Shown here: positions 1 to 10,602 of the stretch, piece by piece
Numbering within the stretch: the first letter of the stretch is position 1
Layout: each line of letters begins with the position of its first letter
From: Escherichia phage vB_EcoM_G4507
Sequence record: NC_054919.1
Reading direction: 5' to 3' (one strand)
Length of the DNA: 64,000 nucleotides
Program-made: the position numbers and the translations under genes
Notes under the pieces: model-generated
Told to the model about the DNA's origin: nothing
Database searches by the model: none
Seen by the model: only the letters and a program-made list of their open reading frames with translations

Positions 1-2178
1 TTAGGCCGCAAGGGCCTTCATAGTTTTAGCGATTTGGGAAACTTCATCATCACTTAAAGAACTGCGATATCCGATGAAGTCGGAAACAATACGGAATTTC
101 TTGGTAAACTCAGCAACCATTTTATCACTGTTTTTTGAAGCATTATTTGATAATACATCAAAAAGATTAGTTACTGTCCAGATGTCATGACCGATGGTAT
201 CTTTTCCACCATTGAAATATACGCCCCGTAATGAACTAACTATATTAGCGAGTCGTGTATATTCTTCAGAAACTTCATCTGTACTGAAGTACTTCATCAT
301 AAAATCTAGTTCAGGATACTTGATAATTTTATCAATATATCGTTGAGCTGAACTTGAATAACCTACGTACTTATCATAATCTACATCATCAAAAGCATCT
401 ACATATAAATCACGCAGAGTTTCAAAAATACATTGGCACTGACCGAGTTCTTTTACCTTTTTCTGTAAAAGCGGACGAATAACATAAAATTCATTAATGC
501 CAATAAGATTAGCCATACGAATCAAAATATTCATAGATGGATGACAAAGAGATGTAGTACCATCCATAGAGAAAATATCAGAACGATGCATATACGCTAC
601 ATACCCAGTAATTTCATCTGCTTCTGATGTGAGCGTAAATAATTCCTCTTTTTCCCAGCGCCCGTCTTTAATTTCAAACTTAAATGCTGTAGCAGCTTTA
701 GGACGAGGAGCTTTACTTTTAACTACCTTTGGAATATAGCTTTTAACTAAAGCTTCAATTTCTGACAAATAATGAATGTTAACTTCATCACTTTCAAACA
801 TCGCCATAATATCAGGGAGTAAATCAATCTGCGATTCTACTTCTGGATTAATAAACAGAAGACGCTCATTGTGATGAATATTCAAAGTGTTATTAAATTC
901 ACTATCATCTAACGCATGTGCTAATCCACGAACAATATTAACACGATTTTTAATATCATCAATAACGATATTAATTTTTGTTGTATTAATACCAAACAGA
1001 CGATAACTTGATGCAACGGCTGAAGTTTCATGACTTTGCTTAATGCGCTTCAGTCGAGGGTCAAGATTTACTTCATACACAACTCCTGCATTGCATAACT
1101 TACTGTCAGGTTCAAACATGCTCTGCATCTTTTTATATGACAGATTTTTAGTCGTGAATTTGACTGAATTACTAATCATATAATCTCGAGCAGAATACCC
1201 CATCTTCATCAATTCACGATATGTGTGACGAGGAGATGTAGATTCTTTAAATCGTTTTACATCTTCATTAAATGCTTTCTCACTGAGTTCTTTAACTCGT
1301 TCAATAATATTTTTACGAGTACGATCATCCAGCGAAAGAGCCTCGCGTGATGGAGCAATATCAAGTGAACCCATTGGAAACTTAATGTAATTCACTTCAT
1401 TGCGAATGCTTAGCCAGTTACGGTCTCTAATAACACCATCGATAGGATAAACAATACCGCCATAGATAGCATATAATCCACCACGATCAGGCCAGTATCT
1501 TTCTGGATTTACGCCATAATAATCATCGAAATCCGGAAAATAATCAATTTCGCGGTCAAGACCATTAATGATAGCCAAATCTTTGAACGGTCGCATGATA
1601 TAAGAAACTTCATAAGCAAAGTTTCTAAAGTCTTTTTCTTCAACTGGAACTACGATTTCAATACCAGTTTTATCATCTGGACCCATTTCTTTTACGAATG
1701 TAGGTTTAATCTGTGGACCATCACCATCCATGTAAGCTACATAACCACGAATTTCACCTTTATGGTATGAAGTAATACTAAATGTATCAGTATAACTAAA
1801 CGGAGATTTAGAACCTAAACCAAATCCGCCAATGAAATCGTTAGATTCGGCTTTAGATGAACTGAAGTATGAATTATACAGACCAGGAGAATTATCATCA
1901 CCCTGAATATCAAAATCACTCATACCCGGACCAAAATCTCGACAAACAAATCGTGGATCTAATCGTCCTGGAACTTGAATGATAAATTTTTCAGGATTTC
2001 CATTGAGAGCATGAGCATCAATCATGTTAGTAATCAATTCACGAACTACTGCGCGAATCTTGTTTGTATACAAATCAGATGACAGAATTTTAAATACTTT
2101 AGGAGATGCTGTGATGCTAAATGCTTTTGATTTAGAACCATTACCAAGAATTGTTTCTTTTTCAGTGGTGATAATCAT
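1..2178 (-). CDS. rIIA: rIIA protein
   Basis: 725-aa ORF; N-terminus [12 protein letters not shown] and length match T4 rIIA as recalled; stop codon at window positions 1-3. Confidence 0.93.
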   Translation of the reverse strand: MIITTEKETILGNGSKSKAFSITASPKVFKILSSDLYTNKIRAVVRELITNMIDAHALNGNPEKFIIQVPGRLDPRFVCRDFGPGMSDFDIQGDDNSPGLYNSYFSSSKAESNDFIGGFGLGSKSPFSYTDTFSITSYHKGEIRGYVAYMDGDGPQIKPTFVKEMGPDDKTGIEIVVPVEEKDFRNFAYEVSYIMRPFKDLAIINGLDREIDYFPDFDDYYGVNPERYWPDRGGLYAIYGGIVYPIDGVIRDRNWLSIRNEVNYIKFPMGSLDIAPSREALSLDDRTRKNIIERVKELSEKAFNEDVKRFKESTSPRHTYRELMKMGYSARDYMISNSVKFTTKNLSYKKMQSMFEPDSKLCNAGVVYEVNLDPRLKRIKQSHETSAVASSYRLFGINTTKINIVIDDIKNRVNIVRGLAHALDDSEFNNTLNIHHNERLLFINPEVESQIDLLPDIMAMFESDEVNIHYLSEIEALVKSYIPKVVKSKAPRPKAATAFKFEIKDGRWEKEELFTLTSEADEITGYVAYMHRSDIFSMDGTTSLCHPSMNILIRMANLIGINEFYVIRPLLQKKVKELGQCQCIFETLRDLYVDAFDDVDYDKYVGYSSSAQRYIDKIIKYPELDFMMKYFSTDEVSEEYTRLANIVSSLRGVYFNGGKDTIGHDIWTVTNLFDVLSNNASKNSDKMVAEFTKKFRIVSDFIGYRSSLSDDEVSQIAKTMKALAA

Positions 2179-2188
2179 AATTTCCTCA

Positions 2189-2392
2189 TTAATTCATATT
2201 ACGCTTAATAACTTCAGCAACTTCTAGTAGTTCATCTTTAGTTGCGGTGTCGGATTGAATTTTATCTCTAATATCTTTAAAGCGGTTTTTAAATTCTTCG
2301 GCTTCTCCCATATCGAAAAAGCGTTGAATGATTCTATATTCTCGATGAACTGCTTTATCAAAAAGTTCTAAATTTACTTTATATGATTTCAT
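2189..2392 (-). CDS. small hypothetical protein (rIIA.1-like)
   Basis: 67-aa ORF directly upstream of rIIA on same strand; T-even synteny. Confidence 0.6.
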   Translation of the reverse strand: MKSYKVNLELFDKAVHREYRIIQRFFDMGEAEEFKNRFKDIRDKIQSDTATKDELLEVAEVIKRNMN

Positions 2393-2417
2393 TTCAATAT
2401 CCTCATTTGCCCAATTA

Positions 2418-2447
2418 ATTATACCACATCCTTGTGGTAAAGTAAAC
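2418..2447 (-). promoter_or_regulatory. early-type promoter upstream of rIIA.1/rIIA (GTTTAC -35, TGgTATAAT -10)
   Basis: Minus strand reads GTTTACtttaccacaaggatgtggTATAAT. Confidence 0.6.
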
Positions 2448-4264
2448 TATTGGCTCATCCATTCTTTACGAAGGTCAGCATTATCTCCCATGAGCATTTC
2501 AAAAAGCTCTTTCCAGTTCTCAGGAAGTTTAACAACATCATATACTGGGTTTTGAATCATCTCACGATATTCAGATTTTTCCAAAGAGCCAAGTCCCTTA
2601 ATATAACGGATGCTATGTTTAGGTAGAGCATCTTTGGCACTCTCATATTCAGCGACTGTATAAAACCATTCTTGTTTTTTACCGACCTGAGCGATGATTA
2701 CAGGAGTTTTGACAAAGCGAATTCTTCCTTGTTCAAACAGTTCTGGCCAATTACTAAAAAATCCGAGCAGAGAAGGATAAATGCTTCCTAAACCATCATG
2801 GTCAGCATCGGTCATAATAGCAATATTATGATAATTCAAGTTTTCAGCTTTTTCACCAAGAACTAATCCAGTGATTGCGCAAATATCAAATAGTTCTTTG
2901 TTTTTAAGCATATCAGCATATGACATACCCCAACTGTTGAGAACTTTACCACGCAATGGATAACCACCATGAAGTTCTTTATCACGAACATCAATAAGAT
3001 ATCCGATAGCAGAATCACCCTCAGTCAAGAAAAGAGTAGTGTCAGCATCTTTACCACAAAGATTCGCTTTGATATGTTTATGAACCTTAGCTTTAGAAGC
3101 CTTTTTAGCTGCTTTAGTTTCTGCTGCTTTTTCTGCTGCCAATTTACGTGCTAAAGCAGCTTCAATAATCGGCATTAAAATTGCTTCATTATTTAGAATA
3201 GCGCGTGAAATCTTTTTAGCATCAAGTTGAATATGACTACGAATTTCACCAAAAGGAGAAGTAAGTCGTTCTTTAGTTTGAGAATCAAATCGCATGTTTT
3301 TCATATCACGGACAAACATAACGATAGTCAAACATTCTTTGACACGCGCTTTAGTTACATCAATTTTGAACTTACGTTTGATTTGTGGAATAAGGTCTTC
3401 ACAAATATCATCCATAACACAGTCAATGTGATGGCCACCATTCTTAGTGTGAATGTTATTCACATAAGTTAATTGACGAAAACCATCCGGTGAACGACCA
3501 ACCGCAATAGAACAATTTTCTTGTTCTTGAACAATAGCATGTTCATCATACTGTCGTGCATATTTCTTAAAATTGCCCTGAACCTTTTTACCATTAAAGG
3601 TAAATTGAATATCAGGATAAACAACAGCAAGTGTCTGGAGACGATCTAGTGTAATGTCAAGATAAACTTGAGACAGCTCATTAGTTTCAAATGACATAAA
3701 ATCTGGAATGAAAGTAACACGAGTTCCTTTCCATTTTCCAGGAATAGTTTCCCATGATTTATTTTCCATGCCATTTGAACAACGAACTACAATATTATTT
3801 TGACCATCGCCAGTTTCACCGACAAACATCACAGAAAAAATGTTAGTTAAACTAGAACCAACACCATTCATACCACCGGTGACACGTTCTTTATCATCAC
3901 CAAAGTTACCACCTGCTTTTGGAATAGTCCATGCAGCAACAGGACCAGGAATTTCTTCACCGGTAGGTGTTTTAACCATCGCCTGCGGAATACCACGACC
4001 GTTATCTTCAACTGTTACTTGATTGTTTTTAATAGTAACATTAATTTTATTTGCGAATTTAAACTTAGTACGAATACCTTCATCTACTGAGTTATCGATA
4101 ATTTCATCAATAAGCTTAACAAGACCAGGTACATACTGAACACTTTCCCATTTACCAAACAGAAAGCGCTCATGCATTTCATTAGCAGAAGAGCCAATGT
4201 ACATGCCACTACGCTTTTTGATATGTTCAATATCGCTCAGAATTTTAATTTCATTCTTAATCAT
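2447..4264 (-). CDS. 39: DNA topoisomerase II large subunit (GyrB-like ATPase plus C-terminal part that is separate gene 60 in T4)
   Basis: 605 aa from ATG (track ORF begins one codon earlier at GTG); TOPRIM-type motifs EGDSA and IMTDADHDG; GAGGA RBS. Confidence 0.93.
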   Translation of the reverse strand: MIKNEIKILSDIEHIKKRSGMYIGSSANEMHERFLFGKWESVQYVPGLVKLIDEIIDNSVDEGIRTKFKFANKINVTIKNNQVTVEDNGRGIPQAMVKTPTGEEIPGPVAAWTIPKAGGNFGDDKERVTGGMNGVGSSLTNIFSVMFVGETGDGQNNIVVRCSNGMENKSWETIPGKWKGTRVTFIPDFMSFETNELSQVYLDITLDRLQTLAVVYPDIQFTFNGKKVQGNFKKYARQYDEHAIVQEQENCSIAVGRSPDGFRQLTYVNNIHTKNGGHHIDCVMDDICEDLIPQIKRKFKIDVTKARVKECLTIVMFVRDMKNMRFDSQTKERLTSPFGEIRSHIQLDAKKISRAILNNEAILMPIIEAALARKLAAEKAAETKAAKKASKAKVHKHIKANLCGKDADTTLFLTEGDSAIGYLIDVRDKELHGGYPLRGKVLNSWGMSYADMLKNKELFDICAITGLVLGEKAENLNYHNIAIMTDADHDGLGSIYPSLLGFFSNWPELFEQGRIRFVKTPVIIAQVGKKQEWFYTVAEYESAKDALPKHSIRYIKGLGSLEKSEYREMIQNPVYDVVKLPENWKELFEMLMGDNADLRKEWMSQ

Positions 4265-4316
4265 CACTTATCCTCGTTTGGTTTCGGGAATATTATACTC
4301 CGGCAATTATAAAGCT

Positions 4317-4331
4317 AAAGGCCCGAAGGCC
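4317..4331 (-). terminator. hairpin GGCC-ttcg-GGCC flanked by T-runs on both strands
   Basis: Between lipoprotein gene and gene 39 start. Confidence 0.55.
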
Positions 4332-4333
4332 TT

Positions 4334-4603
4334 TTATTTAAAACGAATAGTTGAATCCTTAAAGAACAGCCCAGAACATACTGTTCCTTCTACTTTCTGC
4401 CCGGTAGGTCCAACAGCACGAAATCCAGTATGTTGGAAATCATTTTCAGAGCAACCGAACCAGTTATATCCAGTGATTTCAATATTCGTAAAACCACTTG
4501 ATGATAAAATTTTAGTTGCATTATCAGCATCAGTACATCCTACTAAAGATACTGCTAATACTAATGCTGCGATAGAACGATTAACATATTTCATAATTTT
4601 CAC
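4334..4603 (-). CDS. putative lipoprotein
   Basis: 89 aa; signal peptide with lipobox LVGC; terminator hairpin just downstream. Confidence 0.6.
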   Translation of the reverse strand: MKIMKYVNRSIAALVLAVSLVGCTDADNATKILSSSGFTNIEITGYNWFGCSENDFQHTGFRAVGPTGQKVEGTVCSGLFFKDSTIRFK

Positions 4604-4968
4604 TTAAATTTAATGGCTTGAAGAAGACTAATAATTCTCAAACGGCTTCTTTCATCTTTAACTGTAAAAGAAAGAGGGTCGCCAGATTTCATAGTAATAG
4701 TGCATTCAAAATCTTCTGTGACTTCTTCGAAGAAGTCAAATTCTTCATCATAAATTAGAACACTACTTTGCAGACTGTGAAGAGTTTTTCCAGCATTTCT
4801 GCTAACTGCTGTACTAATCATTGTAACATTATGACCTTTCATATCTTCAACGATAAATTCACTAGTCAATATTACAGCATTAATAGAACTATTCCTATTA
4901 CTAGCAGAAAGTAGAAATTTCTTTTCTTCGCCTTCGCGAATACGATACTTCTTACCAATTTTAAACAT
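4600..4968 (-). CDS. hypothetical protein
   Basis: 122-aa ORF, 4-nt overlap with downstream gene. Confidence 0.55.
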   Translation of the reverse strand: MFKIGKKYRIREGEEKKFLLSASNRNSSINAVILTSEFIVEDMKGHNVTMISTAVSRNAGKTLHSLQSSVLIYDEEFDFFEEVTEDFECTITMKSGDPLSFTVKDERSRLRIISLLQAIKFK

Positions 4969-4970
4969 AA

Positions 4971-5147
4971 TTACCCTTTAAGTAAGTCGTAAAATCCACC
5001 ATTCACATGCTTAGGAGCAGAAGGCCGACGAGTAGACAAACGATGACATTTAGGACAAACATCATTTTCTCGTTCAGAAATCTTTTTAATTTTTTCATAT
5101 TCATGCCCGCAATCTTCGGATTGGCATTTATAATCATACATTGGCAT
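4971..5147 (-). CDS. small zinc-ribbon protein (two CxxC pairs)
   Basis: 58-aa ORF found by hand (below track cutoff): MPMYDYKCQSEDCGHEYE...CPKCH; AAGGA RBS 7 nt upstream; fills gap between flanking genes. Confidence 0.45.
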   Translation of the reverse strand: MPMYDYKCQSEDCGHEYEKIKKISERENDVCPKCHRLSTRRPSAPKHVNGGFYDLLKG

Positions 5148-5149
5148 AA

Positions 5150-5575
5150 TTATTCCTTAAAATGTGCTTTCAGCATCTGATACAAAGACCATGCCTGTTC
5201 ATTATTTTCAATAGTAACTTTCATGACCGGGAATTCTGTGAAATCTTCTATTTGTTCTTGCTCTTTCTCTTCCTGCTCTTGCTCTTCGGCTGCCTGGTAT
5301 GGATTTTCCACTTCATCAAAGAACGCAGCTTCGCTCGTTGAAAGCCAGATAAAATCTTCATCCAAAATATCTTTACCAGAAGATAACGCCAATTTTCCAC
5401 TAGATGTCACAATTTTAGTAGGACGACCAAGATAGTCAATATCTGTAACTCTAAAAGGTTCCATACCAAGACGACGTGCATAAATTCCATTTTCAGTATG
5501 GTCCTTGATAAAATTTTCTTGAGCTTGTTTATTTTTAAATTGATACCATTTATTAACTTCAAATTTAGTAGCCAT
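5150..5575 (-). CDS. hypothetical acidic protein (position and 141-aa size fit T4 goF, not verified)
   Basis: 141-aa ORF with acidic [12 protein letters not shown] tract. Confidence 0.6.
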   Translation of the reverse strand: MATKFEVNKWYQFKNKQAQENFIKDHTENGIYARRLGMEPFRVTDIDYLGRPTKIVTSSGKLALSSGKDILDEDFIWLSTSEAAFFDEVENPYQAAEEQEQEEKEQEQIEDFTEFPVMKVTIENNEQAWSLYQMLKAHFKE

Positions 5576-5790
5576 TAATAAGTTTCCTTCCAGTAAGTTG
5601 TGCCATCTTCAGTAATTTCACGGAATACACCATAAATCGGTTGTTTATCACCGACTTTCTCATACACATAAACCGAAGTCAAGTGAGTAAACTTAACGGT
5701 ATGTTCCTTTTGAACCACTACCAAATCTGGATCAAATAATACATCTTCAAATTCGTCATTAGTGCAATTCTGAACAATTTTACGTTTCAT
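5575..5790 (-). CDS. hypothetical protein (size fits T4 cef, not verified)
   Basis: 71-aa ORF, 1-nt overlap with downstream gene. Confidence 0.55.
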   Translation of the reverse strand: MKRKIVQNCTNDEFEDVLFDPDLVVVQKEHTVKFTHLTSVYVYEKVGDKQPIYGVFREITEDGTTYWKETY

Positions 5791-5803
5791 TACAATTTCC
5801 TCA

Positions 5804-6073
5804 TTAATTGAACAGTGGAGCGATGCGTTTCAGAAGAGTAGCAGCACCTTTAGCGAATTTTACATCATGAAAAACAGTTTCTTCTTCCGTTACAACACGA
5901 GCTTTAATGTTTTCACAATCCCAATTTTTGCGAACAATCTTCAAAAGCTGCAGTAAATCTTTACATTCAGCAATATCGATAACACATCCACGAGAATCTT
6001 CCATTATCGCACGATAACCGTAAGCCATACCATAATCGTTGAAAGATTGCTCGATGATAATTAAGTTTTCCAT
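5804..6073 (-). CDS. hypothetical protein
   Basis: Track ORF starts at TTG; ATG at codon 5 preceded by TTGGAG RBS; leader shared with two other genes. Confidence 0.55.
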   Translation of the reverse strand: MENLIIIEQSFNDYGMAYGYRAIMEDSRGCVIDIAECKDLLQLLKIVRKNWDCENIKARVVTEEETVFHDVKFAKGAATLLKRIAPLFN

Positions 6074-6097
6074 TTTATTCTCCAAGTTATTTTCTGT

Positions 6098-6140
6098 ATC
6101 AGTAGTTGATATTGATATAGTACCATAATCAACTACTGAT
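6098..6140 (-). repeat. perfect 13-bp inverted repeat (atcagtagttgat / atcaactactgat) with 17-nt spacer
   Basis: Read directly from sequence; intergenic. Confidence 0.7.
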
Positions 6141-6170
6141 GTATATAGTTTTATGAAAAAATTTTAAACT

Positions 6171-6668
6171 TTATGCATAGCGAGCTTTGCTATAGTGTTT
6201 AATCCAACTTTCAGGAATGACTTTGTATGTTCCTAAATATACCGCGTTGTACAGCTTAACACCGTCTTCTACCCACTGATCAGTAATATATGCGCACATA
6301 GCACGAGTACGGTGTTTTTGAACAACCCCTTCCTCATCTTCAGTAAATTCGAATTCATAAGGAGCAACGAACTTAATAGCTTGACCGAGTTTCCACTTAA
6401 AGTCTACGCCTACATGCGAAGTATCAATCGTTTCAATTCCTTTAGCAGGAACAGCTTTCAAAAACGCAGATTCAAGAAATTTCGCACGAACATAGCCAAA
6501 CTGAGGTTTAGACTTTCCATCTTTAGGAATGATACGCACTTTTACTTCAGAATCTTCATCTTTAACACCGTGTTTAAGCTGAATGCTTACAATTTCGACC
6601 AATTTTCCTGCTGCTTTAGAACGGGATTTATCAGATACACGAGCAATTTCACCAATATTAATAATCAT
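6171..6668 (-). CDS. hypothetical protein, paralog of 6745..7287
   Basis: 165 aa; C-terminal ITDQWVEDGVKLYNAVY resembles VTDQWIEDGVELLNVVH in neighbour. Confidence 0.65.
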   Translation of the reverse strand: MIINIGEIARVSDKSRSKAAGKLVEIVSIQLKHGVKDEDSEVKVRIIPKDGKSKPQFGYVRAKFLESAFLKAVPAKGIETIDTSHVGVDFKWKLGQAIKFVAPYEFEFTEDEEGVVQKHRTRAMCAYITDQWVEDGVKLYNAVYLGTYKVIPESWIKHYSKARYA

Positions 6669-6744
6669 AGTTATCTCTCACTTGTTAAAAAGATTTTATA
6701 CTCCACGGGACCAGAGTATAATGGTCCCAAGAGTTTGTAAACTA

Positions 6745-7287
6745 TTAATTTAAAATAGCTACCACCGCACTACGAGGTACTACACTAAAATCACCTGCAT
6801 GAACAACGTTCAGAAGTTCAACACCATCTTCAATCCACTGGTCTGTTACCCAACCACAAACCGAAATAAATGGGGTCTTGATAGCTACCGCACGAGTTAA
6901 AAGGTCAGTAGGATCGCATTCTTGAAAAAGGATGAACTCTGCTTCAAAAACTATAGTTTTAATTACTTCATCATTATCTAAACGTTGTACTCGAATCACG
7001 TAAGCTTTATTCTTATCATACCAGTTACTTTTTGAAAAGCTTTTAACCACAAACTCGCCTTCACCAAAAACATCAGTCAATGCTTTATAACCCAAATTTA
7101 GTTCAGTAGTTTTAATTTCAGTTTCAACTAATTTGTAGATTTTGCCAATTTCGATGGTCCGAGCAGTCATAAATGTTTCCTTAATTTCTAATGGTTTAAC
7201 GAGGGTGCCGTACATGCTTGCTATATCCATATCGAACGGTTTATCTACAGGATTCGGTGTATATTCAGGATTATAATTAAATTTCAT
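6745..7287 (-). CDS. hypothetical protein, paralog of 6171..6668
   Basis: 180-aa ORF; shared C-terminal motif with neighbour. Confidence 0.65.
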   Translation of the reverse strand: MKFNYNPEYTPNPVDKPFDMDIASMYGTLVKPLEIKETFMTARTIEIGKIYKLVETEIKTTELNLGYKALTDVFGEGEFVVKSFSKSNWYDKNKAYVIRVQRLDNDEVIKTIVFEAEFILFQECDPTDLLTRAVAIKTPFISVCGWVTDQWIEDGVELLNVVHAGDFSVVPRSAVVAILN

Positions 7288-7289
7288 AA

Positions 7290-7802
7290 TTATCTCATTT
7301 CAATAAAATCTACGAGTTCAGCATGCGATTTGCGGAACATTACTTGGTGCCCACCAATGATAACTTCATCTTCAGGAACTTCATAAATCGCAATGTACAT
7401 TCCACGATCTTTTAAGTCTTCACGCTCTTCTTGGGTGAACCATCTCATCATATCATATTCACTAGCGAAAGCAAAATGATATAATGCAATAAGCCACAAT
7501 GGAATATAATTTTCAAATTGTGAATAATCTTTATTCCATTTAGTTTTAATAGCATCATTAGCATTTTCAACTAATAACTTATCATCGTGTGGAATAGGAA
7601 TACTTTCATGGCTTTCATAATTATCGCTATGATGATGAAATGACGATGAATTAATACCGCAAAATTTTAGCCAAGTTCGAGTTTTCATAGAATCAAATCC
7701 ACGATAAGGAGTTGATTGAACACATAACTCTTGCCTAATTTTCACTATACCACTATCATCATTTAATGCGCTAAACGATGATTCAACACGATAAATTTTC
7801 AT
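7290..7802 (-). CDS. hypothetical protein
   Basis: Track ORF start lies inside promoter -10; ATG at codon 14 (MKIYRVESS) with GAGGA RBS. Confidence 0.55.
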   Translation of the reverse strand: MKIYRVESSFSALNDDSGIVKIRQELCVQSTPYRGFDSMKTRTWLKFCGINSSSFHHHSDNYESHESIPIPHDDKLLVENANDAIKTKWNKDYSQFENYIPLWLIALYHFAFASEYDMMRWFTQEEREDLKDRGMYIAIYEVPEDEVIIGGHQVMFRKSHAELVDFIEMR

Positions 7803-7829
7803 TTTATTATCCTCAGTAGCTATGGTGTT

Positions 7830-7859
7830 ATAGTACCACAACTAACCGAGGAAGTAAAC
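7830..7859 (-). promoter_or_regulatory. T4 early-type promoter (GTTTAC -35, ~18-nt spacer, TACTAT -10)
   Basis: Motif read on minus strand upstream of 7290..7802. Confidence 0.55.
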
Positions 7860-7865
7860 AACTTT

Positions 7866-8549
7866 TTATCGTTTTGTTGGAAGAGACAAAGGATCGCACT
7901 CTTCCTCTGACGGAGCATCTTCAAGACCCATAGCATACCGCAAAGCATACTTCATCATCAGGATGTCTTTCGCGCAGTCATGAATAGAATCATGTGCAAC
8001 GAATCCATCTAAAGTTCCCTTTGGAAGAGGACACGTGGTCATATCACGAACAAGCAGAAGTGCTTCAATTCTGGTACGAATATCACGCTGATTCCAGAAT
8101 TTACATGGTTCTAACTTAAATGTATCAAGCTCATTCTCGGAAACGCCATTAAGACGTTGAATATCGCGAATGAGATCGACTAAAATTGGAAAATCAAACG
8201 ACATTCCACGGCACCAGCCTTGAGATTTCCAAGGATCGATATTATGTGCATTGATGTAATCGTTGAATTTTGCAATACCATCAATGGTGCTTACATCTTC
8301 ATCGGATGGTGCAATATTTTTTCGAGCTTCAGGAGACTGATTTTTCCACCATTCGATAGTGCTTTTAGTAAAAAGACGATGTCCTTTTTGGCTTTTTAAA
8401 TCAAATTTGATTTTAATGCCACGTGAAACTAGTTCATCGAATGATTCAACTACTTCTGGGTTAGGGTCAAAAGCAATTACAGCCAAATCAATAACAGCTG
8501 CTTTTTCACCGCTTCCCATTGTTTCAAAATCTATAATAAAATCAAACAT
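7866..8549 (-). CDS. dexA: exonuclease A
   Basis: 227 aa; N-terminus MFDFIIDFETMGSGEKAAVIDLA, 3'-5' exonuclease-like; size matches T4 DexA. Confidence 0.88.
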   Translation of the reverse strand: MFDFIIDFETMGSGEKAAVIDLAVIAFDPNPEVVESFDELVSRGIKIKFDLKSQKGHRLFTKSTIEWWKNQSPEARKNIAPSDEDVSTIDGIAKFNDYINAHNIDPWKSQGWCRGMSFDFPILVDLIRDIQRLNGVSENELDTFKLEPCKFWNQRDIRTRIEALLLVRDMTTCPLPKGTLDGFVAHDSIHDCAKDILMMKYALRYAMGLEDAPSEEECDPLSLPTKR

Positions 8550-8806
8550 TAAATTTTCCTCGCTAAATCACGAATTTGACCTACAGTATAGTCTTGAATA
8601 TAAACTTTATTGATAGGCTCATCAATAAATTTTGCCATAGATTCAATGTCTTTTTGTATTTCTTCAAGACTGTATACTATCTTTAAAGCTTTTTCGCGAA
8701 TAGTAATATTTTCAGGACCCTGATTTTCTTCAATGACAGCTTTAACATTTGTCATAAGAGATTTAAATTGGTACCAACTTAATTCAATCATTAATAATCG
8801 CCTCAT
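8549..8806 (-). CDS. hypothetical protein (dexA.x-like)
   Basis: 85 aa; LEEI..D motif shared with 8784..9044. Confidence 0.5.
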   Translation of the reverse strand: MRRLLMIELSWYQFKSLMTNVKAVIEENQGPENITIREKALKIVYSLEEIQKDIESMAKFIDEPINKVYIQDYTVGQIRDLARKI

Positions 8807-9044
8807 AAAGATAGCTAATTTCGCCTAAAACATAATCATTAATTGTAACAGTTTTCACTTCACCACAAAAGAATTCTAACGCAATTAAATCTCGTTCAAT
8901 TTCTTCTAATTGAAGCATCAACTTACTAGATTCAATTTTTACAGTTTCACGATTTTTACCATGAGCAATTTCATAAATTTCGCTAACTTTATCCTGAAGA
9001 AGATAAAACTGATCTTTAGTTATTTCCACGAATAGCTTCCTCAA
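8784..9044 (-). CDS. hypothetical protein (dexA.x-like)
   Basis: 86-aa ORF, paralog-like to 8549..8806. Confidence 0.5.
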   Translation of the reverse strand: MRKLFVEITKDQFYLLQDKVSEIYEIAHGKNRETVKIESSKLMLQLEEIERDLIALEFFCGEVKTVTINDYVLGEISYLYEAIIND

Positions 9045-9276
9045 ATTTAATTAGTAATTTACAGACACTTTCATCTAGTGTAATTACCGTATCTGTATTA
9101 CTGTGATATGATTGTTTTTCAATTCGTTTAATTGCTAATATAGTATCACTTATAAGATAAAGCTTATGAAGGAGCTCAGCTCCTGTTACCATAACATTAA
9201 GATTATCTTGCTTATTAGTATGCTTCCTTATACCATCTATTAGACGATTTAAATATTTTGAATTGATGTTAATCAT
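9016..9276 (-). CDS. hypothetical protein
   Basis: 86-aa ORF between dexA block and dda. Confidence 0.5.
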   Translation of the reverse strand: MININSKYLNRLIDGIRKHTNKQDNLNVMVTGAELLHKLYLISDTILAIKRIEKQSYHSNTDTVITLDESVCKLLIKFEEAIRGNN

Positions 9277-9282
9277 ATATCC

Positions 9283-10602
9283 TCACACATAAAACACATC
9301 ATAACGACCACGAGTGACACCAACATAAAGAAGCTGCTGAGCTAATTCAGCATCTGCATAATGAATACAAGGCGTATAAATGAAAGCACGGTCTACAGAC
9401 ATACCCTGAGCTTTATGGAATGTTGATGCAGGAAGTGCTTTCACTTTACTAAACTGTGATTTAGCATCCCAAAAATCACTCCACGGAGCTTTTCCGCCTT
9501 TGTTCCAATTTTTATAAGTTTCTGCTGTTTTACCTAAAAATAGGTTAAACTTATACAATTCTTCATCAGATGAAATTATTTTAATCTTTTCACGATAATA
9601 TTCATCATCGCCATAAGTTTCTACTGTTAAATCCCAATGACGAATTAAGTATTCCCCAGAAACACCACGAGCTTTAACAAACGTTGATGTATACTCTGCT
9701 TCTATAATACGAACTAATTGTCCGTTATTAAAAATAATTTCTGACACAGGCTTTCCATCAATTTTATATGTTTTAATTAATGGTTCCTGCATTACAATAA
9801 TTTCACCGACAATAAAATCTTTATCAGTTTCAAAAATCTTTTTACGAATGATGTTATTTAACTTGTCAACAGATTTATTCGTAAATGCCATTACGCGATT
9901 TTCAAACAAATCATCTAGTGATTTTACGATTGAAAAATAATTTACCATAAAATCGCGTAAAGCAGTATCACCAGTAAATCCACGTACTCCATGCCCGTCA
10001 ACAACTTTGTCATAAATCCACTTACCGTTGCGAACGTCAGTAGCTACATCAATAATAGGAGCATTACTGCGTTTAACTTCAGTGAGTTCACACTGATAAA
10101 AATCTTTATGTGTAAAGAATGGACTGATATAAGCAGTATTTTCTCCTAGGTCAACAGGTCTAATTTGCTTATTATCACCTATTCCAATTATAGTACACCA
10201 CGGCGGGATAGTTGAAAGCAGAATTTTAAATAGCTTTCTATCATACATTGACACTTCATCGCAGATTAATACCCTGCATTTAGCTAAATCTGGTACTTCC
10301 TTCTGCTCAAAAAGAACGTTTTCTTCATATGTTACTGGGTTAATTTTAAGAATACTATGAATAGTACTCGCTTCTTTCCCTGATAGTTTTGAAAGAATCT
10401 TTTTAGCCGCATGCGTAGGAGCTGCTAAAATAATACCAGTTTCACCCGTAGATATTAAAGCTTCAATGATGAATTTGGTAAGAGTAGTCTTACCGGTGCC
10501 AGCAGGTCCATTAATAGTTACATGATGTTTCTTTTCTTTAATAGCCTTCATAACAATGTTAAAGGCATTTTTCTGGCCTTCGGTCAAATCATCAAATGTC
10601 AT
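9283..10602 (-). CDS. dda: Dda DNA helicase (SF1)
   Basis: 439 aa; Walker A GPAGTGKTT; size and N-terminus match T4 Dda. Confidence 0.92.
   Translation of the reverse strand: MTFDDLTEGQKNAFNIVMKAIKEKKHHVTINGPAGTGKTTLTKFIIEALISTGETGIILAAPTHAAKKILSKLSGKEASTIHSILKINPVTYEENVLFEQKEVPDLAKCRVLICDEVSMYDRKLFKILLSTIPPWCTIIGIGDNKQIRPVDLGENTAYISPFFTHKDFYQCELTEVKRSNAPIIDVATDVRNGKWIYDKVVDGHGVRGFTGDTALRDFMVNYFSIVKSLDDLFENRVMAFTNKSVDKLNNIIRKKIFETDKDFIVGEIIVMQEPLIKTYKIDGKPVSEIIFNNGQLVRIIEAEYTSTFVKARGVSGEYLIRHWDLTVETYGDDEYYREKIKIISSDEELYKFNLFLGKTAETYKNWNKGGKAPWSDFWDAKSQFSKVKALPASTFHKAQGMSVDRAFIYTPCIHYADAELAQQLLYVGVTRGRYDVFYV

Noticed and set aside
2024-2227. Plus-strand ORFs embedded antisense in minus-strand genes (for example 2024..2227, 2969..3154, 3227..3472, 3840..4022, 4197..4607, 19928..20158, 26852..27139, 30277..30693, 32689..33072, 45693..46022, 61477..61860)
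   Set aside because: All lie inside well-supported minus-strand genes, lack RBS, and arise from AT-rich antisense frames. Only the intergenic plus-strand ORF 16474..16674 was kept.
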